The position numbers and the translations under genes are program-made. Shown in pieces: positions 1 through 10,700 of a DNA stretch of 64,000 nucleotides (position 1 is the stretch's first letter; each line of letters begins with the position of its first letter). The notes beneath the pieces are model-generated. The model was not told the origin of the DNA, made no database searches, and saw nothing but the letters and a program-made list of their open reading frames with translations. The stretch covers positions 5,146,001 through 5,210,000 of the forward strand of contig OX597814.1 in the NCBI GenBank assembly GCA_951406725.2, written 5' to 3'. This DNA comes from Octopus vulgaris. Its lineage: Eukaryota.

Positions 1-309
1 GTGGCACGTAATAGCACCATCCGTTCGTGTCCGTTGCCAGCCTTGCCTGGCCCCCGTGCCGGTGGCACGTAAAAGCACCATCCGCTCGCGTCCGTTGCCA
101 GCCTCGCCTGGCACCTGTGCGGGTGGCACGTAAAAAGCACCCACTACACTCTTGGAGTGGTTGGCGTTAGGAAGGGCATCCAGCCGTAGAAACACTGCCA
201 GATCTGACTGGGCCTGATGCAGCCTTCCGGCTTCACAGACCCCAGTTGAACTGTCCAACCCATGCCAGCATGGAAAACGGACGCTAAATGATGATGATGA
301 TGATGATGA
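1..309 (+). mobile_element. RTE 3' end fragment, representative of about 30 copies
   Basis: gttggcgttaggaagggcatccagc...ggacgttaaacgatgatgat matches the 3' UTR of the 27.3-30.2 kb LINE. Other copies near 2213(-), 3330(-), 3770(+), 3937(-), 8643(-), 10190(+), 11010(+), 11295(+), 12505(-), 13288(-), 14730(-), 15805(-), 16400(-), 17050(-), 18112(-), 20343(+), 25133(-), 26605(-), 30568(-), 31168(-), 33643(-), 37415(-), 39400(+), 39740(+), 44865(+), 46410-47118(+, several), 51390(-), 51725(+), 52300(+), 57680(+), 59237(-). Confidence 0.9.
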
Positions 310-416
310 CAAAGCAATTGCAGATTCTTACCATGCATTCTAACCACGGATTTATTTTACTTTTTCAAAATTTCTATCTCAAATTTACATCCACACACAG
401 ACTTATACCAGTAATC

Positions 417-516
417 TCAGATGGCAACTCCCTGTTCGATTTCCTTCACTCTGATGAGTGGACAGACTTCTTCCCAACAATGCTTATCAACTTTAGACTT
501 CATTCTGAGAGGTAAC
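417..516 (-). CDS. candidate downstream/terminal exon (frame uncertain)
   Basis: Unique purine-rich sequence after tttcatgaatAG. Phase 0 gives VTSQNEV-stop; phase 2 gives LPLRMKSKVDKHCWEEVCPLIRVKEIEQGVAI-stop. Confidence 0.3.
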
Positions 517-1199
517 CTATTCATGAAATGATCGTAAGAACTTTTTAAACATGTTAATGATCACAGCTGTACTTTATTTATTAATTAATACAATTTTGCT
601 TATAATATGGATTTACCTCTCTATTGTGATTTTTAAGATATGTAATATTGCCAACTTTTTACTCTCTAAAATATATATATATAATAAATTAATAAATAAA
701 ACATATGCATATATACATACATATATGTACGTACCTACCTCTACATGTATATATACTATATATACACGCACATATGAGTACAGGACACAAAAAAAAACGT
801 CGAACACAATGAGAAACGAAAACATAAACACAAAACCAAGGAACTGGACATTTTTCTTAACGAAAAAATATAGTACAGGACAAATAACACAAGGAAAATT
901 ACCCTTCTTCAGTCACCATGGTTTCATCTACTCTGCGTTTCGAAGGTGAAGGCAATACACATCTTCCATAGAAACTTTCCCTCCCGCGAAAATCAAATTA
1001 AATAAAATTTAAGATCTTTTTGCGGAGGGGTAAAAATGGTAACAAAAACAGGACAGTAACGACAGTACAAAATATAAACAGTAAAAGACAGGACACGGAG
1101 AATAACAGTAACACAAACAAGAAGGGCTGTTAAGCCGAACAAGATAAAGTCACATATATGTATGTATATATATATATATATATATATATCTAAGTAACA

Positions 1200-1798
1200 T
1201 AGGCGATCAGAAAACGGAGGGAAAATAACAAATAGAAGTGTATCTTTAGTGGTAAAAAGCCATTATCTAATTAGTTAAGCAAGGTGAGGGTAACAGTGAG
1301 TTTAGAGCTGTTACTGTGTACCATAGTTGAGGTAAATCAGAACGAAGAAGGCAGAGACAGACAAAGAGGAGAATAACACGAAAGACAGAGGGAGAAATCG
1401 GAAAAGCAAATGTTAAGCAGACACATGGAAGTCATGCTAATAACTAACTACGAGACTTCACATTCCACCATCCTCTATTCTTCAACTACATCACAATGGA
1501 TTTAATGAACTTTGAACACAACTAAAATGTAAGACTTTCGATTCATTGATCGTTTTCTTTTCTGACTTCTTCTTCTATTTTTCGCTCTATTCTCCTCTTT
1601 GTCTATCGCAACCTTCTTCGTTCTGATGACGTCTACCATTTGCAAAGTTGGTAAATACAAATTTACCTCAACTATGGTACACAGTAACAGCTGTAAACTC
1701 CCTCTTACCTTCATCTTCCTTAACTAATTAAATAATGGCTTTTTACCACCAAAGATAAACTTCTATTTGTTGTCTTTCCTCCATTTTCTAATCGTCTA
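1200..1798. repeat. diverged inverted repeat, about 210-bp arms
   Basis: 1200-1337 matches the reverse complement of 1661-1798; 1336-1412 matches that of 1545-1626. Confidence 0.8.
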
Positions 1799-2878
1799 TA
1801 TATACATTAAACTACGGTTTACCTTTTTAAATCACCTGCTGCCGTATACCTTATACCAAGGACCATACTTACGGAGGTAATTACCAGGAGTGCCTCTGGA
1901 TACTTCAATCACTTAGAAGGCTTAACACCTCTAACTTATACCATGTATATATATATATGTATAAAAAGGTTGAATTAGATTCGTCCTTTAATTTGGAGGT
2001 TTCCCAAAACAGATTTCTAATAAACATTCTTAATATTTTACTGGTAGCTTACAGGCGTCAGTCTGCAGATATGAAGATAATACTTGTATAGGGTGTGTTG
2101 TGAATTTACAGAAAGGAATCCCATAAAACTCAATAAATTTGTTAAAAATGGAGAAGAGAAGGTATTAAAATATATAAGAGAATTTTAATTCATGCATATA
2201 TATATATATATATCATCATCATCATCATCATCATCGTTTAACATCTGCTTTCCATGCTAGCATGGGTTGGACGATTTGATTGAGGACTGGCGAACCGGAT
2301 GGCTGCACCAGGCCCCAATCTTGATCTGGCAGAGTTTCTACAGCTGGATGCCCTTCCTAATGCCAACCACTCCGAGAGTGTAGTGGGTGCTTTTACGTGC
2401 CACTGGCGCAAGGGCCAATCAGGCGGTACTGGCAACGGCCACACTCAAATGGTGTTTTTTTATGTGCCACCAGCACAGGAGCCAGTCCAGTGGCACTGGC
2501 AACGACCTCACTCAAATGTTTTTTTCATGTGCCAGTAAGGCGACACTGTATATATGTATATGTATGTATGTATATATATATATATGTGTGTGAGTGTATG
2601 GGTGTGTGTAAATGCATGTGTGTATATATATATACGTATAGCACTTATTACATAAACAGCAAGCCACAAAGTGAAGCTGCCAGATATAAAATGTTAGATC
2701 AGGTAAATGCCAACCTGTAAGTTGACTTTTAATTAAATTTAAATTAATTAATGGATCACTGTCAATGCTCAAAACATAATTATTAATTTATTCACACACA
2801 AAGATAAACACAAATTTACAGATTAAAATATACACCACATACATACATACTTATATACATCAATCTAAATCGATTCAC

Positions 2879-3049
2879 CTGTAACTTATTCTTGTCAGCA
2901 GAAATTCTGTTCTCTTTCTCGGTCATTAGTTTTTCATATTGTTCGTGTTGTTGTTGTAGAAAATGGTTGACCTCTTCCAGTTTTTTACTTAATTCAATCC
3001 GGAGTTGTTTGTCAAGCTGAGGATGTCTCTGGTATCTAAAATCATCCGT
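2879..3049 (-). CDS. exon U ([57 protein letters not shown])
   Basis: gtgtttgcAG / CAG-GTgaat, 171 nt, phase 0 to 0; [10 protein letters not shown] resembles ANKRD26 KLKEVNLFLQ. Confidence 0.9.
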
Positions 3050-4676
3050 CTGCAAACACATTTCATGATAACAGATTCATATCAGAAATAATTACATTGA
3101 CATATTACTAATTATGGGACGATCCATTACTACTAGACAAGCTGCCATTCTTCACACCATTCAAATCAAATTTTGCAAATAATATCAAACAGTTTTCAAA
3201 ACTGCCTGCTGATCATAACATTTTGTTTCTCTAAACTCTTGGATTATTTTTTGGTCATAGATTTGATAAGGGGAAGCTTTCCCGAAATATAATAGAAACA
3301 TTAAACTATATACATACAGTAATACAATTCATCATCATCATCATCATCACCGTTTAATATCTTCTTTCCAATGCTGGCATGGGTTGGACAGTTTGACTGA
3401 GGTCTGGAGAGCCAGATGGCTGCACCAGGCTCCAATCCGATCTGGCAAAGTTTCTACAGATGGATGCCCTTCCTAATGCCAAAAATTATGTATCAATATC
3501 ATATATACATGTGTAGATACTGTCTTGACACCTAGGACTTCTCAGGCTTGTTATTAGGTGTCCACTATATGTGACTGAAATCAAAACATTTCCCCTGGAT
3601 GGGATGCTAGTCCCTCACAGTGTTACTCAGTTACAGATGAGTGGACTGAAGCAAGACAAAATGAAGTGTTTTGCTCAAGAACACAATACACTGCCCAGTC
3701 CAGGAATTGAAACCAAGATCCGGTGATTGTGAGTGCCACATTCTAATCACTGCTTGGCCACACATTTTCACGATGCAGAGTGGTTGGCATTAGGAAAGGC
3801 ATCCCAGCTGTAGAAACCATGCCAAAACAGAAGTGGAGCCTCGTGTGGCTGCTGGCCATACCAGCTCCTGTCGAACCATCCAACCCATGCCAGCATGGAA
3901 GCTGGACACTAAATGATGATGATGTGTACAATGTATATCATCATCATCATCATCATCATCGTTTAATTTCCGTTTTCCATGCTGGCATGGGTTGGACGGT
4001 TCGACCGCGGTCTGGGAAGCCAGGAGGCTGTACCAAGCTCCAGTCTGATCTGGCACTGTTTCTATAGCTGGATGCCCTTCCTAACGCCAACCACTCTGAG
4101 AATGTAGTGTGTACTTTGTACGTGCCAAGCGAGGCTGGCAATGGCCACGATCGGTAGGTGCTTTTTACGTGCCACCGGCATGGAAGCCAGTTGAAGCGGC
4201 GCTGGCAACAGCCATGTTCAGATGGTGCTTTTTATGTGCCACCAGCACTGGTATCACAACTACAATTTCCATTGATTTTTTTTTATCGATTTCGATTATA
4301 TATATCTCTCTCTATATAAACGGCAGTTTGTCTGTGTGTGTTTCTGTGTGTCTGTCAGGTTGTACCCTCACCCTGACCACGGCTTTCAACCGATTCTGAT
4401 GAAACTTGACACACACATAGCCCAATGTCATAATTCAAAACTAACGCAGTGAAAATTTTGAAAAGTTCCCCCAGTTCTGAAAAAAATCGATAAATTCGAC
4501 ATGGGGTCGAGAATCAGAAACCCAAACCACAGACCGTCTAGGGGACGCAACTCCACCTTTTTTAACTCTCAAAAAAATTTACCATCATTTTTTTGCTATT
4601 TTTTGACTATAACTCTCTAAAAATGCTTTATAGTTATTTCCCTTACAAATCTGAGCAACGCCGGGCGATACTGCTA

Positions 4677-4710
<34 letters not shown>

Positions 4711-7700
4711 AGAAAAACTATTAATTCTAAATCTCTGAATGAGAAACAAGCAACAACAGTACATCAGAGTAGAGTTTATTTGCCAGCATAAAGTGGCAGT
4801 CCTGATTAGGACTAATGTTACTGTTATTTAACCCCAGGAAAACATTGTCTGCAGCTGGCTATCGACGCACTAACTGCATCATTTAAATTTATATCATTGA
4901 GGTAGCCTGCAGAAAGGTGTTGTAGAAACAACTCTTCAGTATTTCTGAAAGCCTTACCTGTGGGGCACATACCAAGATAACTGTCACTGTTGAATTAGTT
5001 TACAGCTCGCCTCATCTTGATTACCCTTTCACCATACCTGGGCTATTTGGATTCCTTTTTGCTACCCATTTCTCAGCTAACAATATGCCTGCTCCACTCC
5101 TGTCATTAATCACTGTCACTTCCCCATTGACATAGAAATTCTTCTGGGGAAGTAACAGTGTCAGATATTTATATACACATATAAATCTCAGGCAGTTTTA
5201 TACTAATTCCAAAGTAAATTTAGGCAAAATTGTTTACATTATTCAAGAATATTGGTTTCAAAACTTCAATGTTTAGGAAGCAGAGTGGCAAAACTGTGAC
5301 AGCATTGTACTAAATATCTGTATTATTTAGTTACACACACACACTTATATATCAGGGTATGAAGACAGGGAAAGCCCCTGGCCCATCAGGAATCATTGCT
5401 GAGATGCTTAAAATATCTTGCAGTGTAGGCTATAGTTTAGTCACTTGTATAATCAATGAGGTGATACATGAAGGAGTCATACCCAAAGACTGGTGTAGCA
5501 GCACCATAGTCAACTGCTACAAAGGTAAAGGTGATGCTTTAGATACAAATAATTACAGAAGTATCAAGTTGTTGGATCAAGTAATGAAAGTCATGGAGAG
5601 GATTATAGCCCAACTAATTAGGGAGAGAGTCAGTCTAGACGAGATGCAGTTTGGGTTTGTGCCGGGGAAAAGCACCACTAATGCTATATTTCTTGTAAGA
5701 CAGCTGCAGGAGAAATACCTGGCCAAAGATAAACCTCTGTGCTTGGCTTTTTTTGATATGGAGAAGGCCTTTGACAGGGTGCCCAGATCCCTTATCTGGT
5801 GGTCAATACAGAAACTAGGGATAGATGAGTGGTTGGTAAGAGCTGTACAAGCCATGTATAGGGATGCTGTCTGTAAGGTGAAGGTTGGCAATGAGTATAG
5901 TGAATAATTCAGGGTATAAGTAGGGGTTCGCCAAGGATCAGTCCTCATCCCTTGCTTATTCATCATAGTCCTCCAGGCAATAACAGAGGAATTCAAGACA
6001 GGCTGCCTCTGGGAGCTCCTCTTTGCTGATGACCTTGCTCTGATAGCTGAGTCATTACCAGAACACTACCAGAAGTTTCGGGTGTGGAATCAAAGAGTAG
6101 AATCAAAGGCCCTTAGAGTTAACTTTGTAAAAAAACAAAGTCTTAGTAAGAAGGAAGGTGTACAAATCACAAATCCCTTCAGGTAGATGGTCACGCTTGA
6201 ACTGTAGAAAAGGTATGGTAGAAACTCCATAAGATGTACCCAGTGTAAGCTAATGACGCATAAGAAGTGCAGCGATATCAAAGGAAGGCTAATTGGGAAG
6301 ATAGTTTTTATAAGTGGAAAATGCTCAAGAGCAATAACATGTAAAGAAAACAGATTCCATCACATGCCAGGGGGAAAAAACTAGAAGAAGTTGACAGCTT
6401 CCGTTACCTAGGTGACCAAGTCAGTAGCAGGGATGGATGCTGTGAGAGTGTAGCTGCTAGAATAAGAATAGGCTGGACAATGTTCAGACAGCTCCTACCT
6501 CTGCTGGTGCCAAAGGGCCTCTCACTCAGAGTGAAAGGTAGACTATACGATGCCTGTTTGCAAACAGCCATGCTACACGGCAGTGAACCCTGGGCTGTGA
6601 TTACTGAGGACATGCAAAGACTTGAAAGAAACGAAGTCAGTATGCTTCGCTGGATGTGTAATGTCAGTGTGCATATACGACAGAGGGTAAGCGTCCTGAG
6701 AGAAAAGTTGTAGATAAGAAGCATCAGATGTGGTGTTCAAATACTTACTGCATTGAATCTATCGTCAAATACCATATCAGATTGTAGCGGAAGAGAATAT
6801 GAAAGATGGTTTCCAGTCTAAAAAAAGAAGACAATATGTTTAAAGTGTATTATTGCAAGAATGCCAACAGCAAATCAAATGAAAGTTTGGTAAAATGGAA
6901 GACTGATACAATTCCCATAGAAAGAAGGGTCAACCACTGCTAAATAGTCACTAACCCTAAGTATCCAACCAAACATATAAAATCCTGAGCACAATACAAT
7001 ATTGCTAAGATAAAATTTCAACAATGGTACGTCTATACAAACCATATTGTCTTTGGGTTTCGTTCTGGATTTCAAAGCTGTAATTTCACACTGAAGAAGA
7101 TGGTTCCTCAAAAGAATATAAAACAATTATTTAGTTGACATCGTTTGCAAAATAAAAATGGGTGACAGGAAGTTAATTCAAGTCATCCATAAGAATCTCA
7201 AAAGAGAGTAAACAAAATCCAATCCCCAGGGGTCATGTGTGTGTGTCGGAGTGGGGGGTAGGGTGGGGGTGGTAGATGCACCATTGCACAGCGTTACTGC
7301 TTTCACCATTTGCTGGTATATTCTTGGGTCCTCCAAGGAGACCCTTCAAACAGAGTTCCAGTCAGTCCCCAGCTCTGCAAGATACCTCCTCATCTGCCAT
7401 GAGCATGTGGTTATGTGGTTGACCAACACAAACCTCAGTGAAGAGAGCATAGTAAAGCAAGAGCTAACATTATTTACATTTGACGGATATTTGTCCACAT
7501 CGTGTTTGTTGTTAACACAACATTTCGGCTGATATACCCTCCACCCTTCATCAGGTGTCTTGGGGAAATTTCAAACCTAGGTTCTCATTCCTAAGGTATT
7601 TTCGATGTTGTTGTTGTTGTTATTATTATTATTATCATTATTCAGGTCCTTGCCTGGAATCGAACTGTCATATGACATAGTGGTTAAGAGTACAGGCTAC

Positions 7701-10700
7701 AAACCCCAAGATTTCAAGTTTGATTCCAGGCAGGGACCTCAATAATAATAATAACAACAACATCGAAAAATACATCAGGAATGAGAAGCCAGGTTTGAAA
7801 TTTCCTCAAGACACCTGATGAAGGTTGGAGGGTATATCAGCCGAAATGTTGTGCTAACAACAAACAAGATGAGGACAAATATCTGTCAAATGTAAATAAT
7901 GTACATAATTCCTCATCTCTTAAATATAGAAGAGCAAGAGCTAACTCGGAAAACCAAGCCACATGGCCACCCAATCTGAGCTGGTTCTCCCGAATCATAC
8001 AAGTAACAAGACACATCCCAGTTTCTGAGTAGAATTTTCAGCTGGAGATGAAATCTGACCAATGGCAACCCATAATCCAGCAAAGTGTCCTGGCACCAAA
8101 GGAGTTGAGGTGGCTCCTGAGGGCCCTGCACAGTGTCAAAGTCTTACAACTAAAGAAGAGAAACCTAAAGACCTGGACGCTTGCCTTCCAGCTTGGATAT
8201 TGGCAGCACCAGACAGCCTCAAGTCCAATGAGTTCACAACTGCTCCAGCCACGTCTCCAAGTCTTTTTAGGACGTCAGACTCACAGCTAACGGCTGCGAT
8301 AGATTTGCCTATGTTTTTATTAAGGTAACAATGATAGAACCAGGGATTCTATCAGGGATGAAATCTTCTTTAAAGAATAGGATCTTAATAAATTAAGCAA
8401 TTATTGGTCTGTTGAAAGTTTTCTAGAATAAGCCATTTTCATTTTAACAAGAGTGAAATATCCCTGTTGCAGTTGGTCAATGGTGAATGCCTTCTTTCAG
8501 ACAATGTGTGTACACAAGGCATTCGATTCATGGCTGTAACGGGACTTCAACATGAAGTTCCCTTACATCAATGGTTCCCAACCCTCTTATTTAAATTAGT
8601 TTTAATATGCTTATCCTTATGTGTGCGTGTGTGTGTATATAAATCATCATCATTATTGCTTAACATACGTTTTCCATGCTGGCATGGGTTGGACGGTTTG
8701 ACTGGGATCTGGAGAGCCAGGAGGCTGCACCAGGCTCCAATCTGATCTGGTAATGTTTATACAGCTGGATGCCCTTCCTAACGCCAACTACTCCGAGAGT
8801 GTAGTGGGTGCTTTTTACATATCACCAGCACAGGAGCCAGTCAGGTGGCACTGGCATTGGCCAAGTTCAGATGGTGCTTTTTACATGCCACCAGCACAAG
8901 AGCCACATGGGGCAAGGGGGCTGGTATTGACCATATTTGGATGGTGCTTTTTACATGCCACCGGCATGGGAAGCCACTCAGGCAGCACTGGCAATAACCC
9001 ATGCATGGGTGGTGCTTATTGCATGCCACCAGCAAGGGAGCCAGTCAGGTGACACTGGCATCAGCCACACCTACGACATCACTTGCCTCAACAGGTCTTA
9101 GCAAGCACAGTTTATTGCCCAATGATTGAAGGGTACTCTTAAATGGGCCGGTTATGCTGCACTGGCATAGGCCACGGTTACGGTCTCACTTGGTTTGCCA
9201 GGTCTTCTCAAGCACAGCATATCTCCAAAGGTGGAGACATGAATTCTTAGATGTTTACAGGAGACTCTAAGAAGGCAAGAAATGCAGACAGAGATTGATG
9301 GGGATGCTGTCATTCGGTGAGAAGAATTTACATGGAAGAAGCTCAGAATTGTGAGCAACATCTTTGATGCCAGCAGGAATAATGTTTGTCTTTCTACAAT
9401 AAGCATAAAGCCCGAAATTTGTGGGAGGCTGTTATTTGATCACTTCAACCCCAGTACATAACTGGTACCTATTTTATCGGCACTGAAGGGGTGAAAAGCA
9501 AAGTCAACGTCAGCGGACTTTGAACTCGGAACATAAAATATCGTTTGTTTTTTTTTCCAGACCCTTTCTGTCTTATAAAGAAAAGAAATAAAACAATAGG
9601 CATAGGAGTGGCTGTGTGGTAAGTAGCTTGCTAACCAACCACACGGTTCCAGGTTCAGTCCCACTGCGTGGCATCTTGGGCAAGTGTCTTCTGCTATAGC
9701 CTCGGGCCAACCAAAGCCTTGTGAGTGGATTTGGTAGACGGAAACTGAAAGAAGCCTGTCGTATATATGTATATATATATATGTATGTGTGTGTATGTTT
9801 GTGTTTGTCCCCCTAGCATTGCTTGACAACCGATGCTGGTGTGTTTACGTCCCTGTCACTTAGTGGTCCGGCAAAAGAGACCGATAGAACAAGTACTGGG
9901 CTTACAAAGAATAAGTCCCGGGGTCGATTTGCTCGACTAAAAGGTGGTGCTCCAGCATGGCCGCAGTCAAATGACTGAAACAAGTAAAAGAGTAAAAGAG
10001 AATGAAATGAGCATAAAAGACAACAAAAGCCAAGGGAAAACGAACCCCACTCACTTCTCTTCCTCTTCTTCGATTTTAACATCAGAATTGATCTGTTTCT
10101 CCTGCAACAACTTTACTTTGTGTCTCTCCTGAAATATGTAATTATAAAAACTGAAATTATGATAAAGCAATTTATTTTTCAGGGGCCAGAGGCATCAGAT
10201 GTGGAGAACAAGAGGGAAACCTGAGCTGGTATGGGCATGTGATGCGTATGGAAGGGGACAGCTGTGTAAAGAAGTGCCAATCTCTAATTCTGGCACGAGG
10301 TGGTGAAGCATGATCTTCAGATGTTGTGTGTCATGGAACCAATGACAAGTGACGGAGGCTTTTGGTAATTTGCTGTGTTTGAGAAGACACATCAAACCAA
10401 GTGAAATCACAGTCGTAGTCAGTGCCGGTGTCATGTAAAAGACACCCAGGACACTCTATGAAATAAATGGTTGGCATTAGCAAGGGCATCCAGTTGTAGA
10501 AACCAATCCCAAATCAGACTGGAGCCTAGTACAGCCCTCCAGCTTACCAGTTCCAGACAAAGTGTCTAACCCACACCAGCATGGAAAACGGACACTAAAT
10601 GATGATGATGATGAAGGGACAGATTATTTTTAGAGATGCAGAGATTGGGAAGGTTTAGGATAAATATTACGTTGAAGGTGTGTTGACAATTGTAGAAGAT

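Noticed and set aside
4390-4410. CTGATGAAAC as a hammerhead core (also at 50785)
   Set aside because: No stem II between the boxes; it is part of the Helitron body
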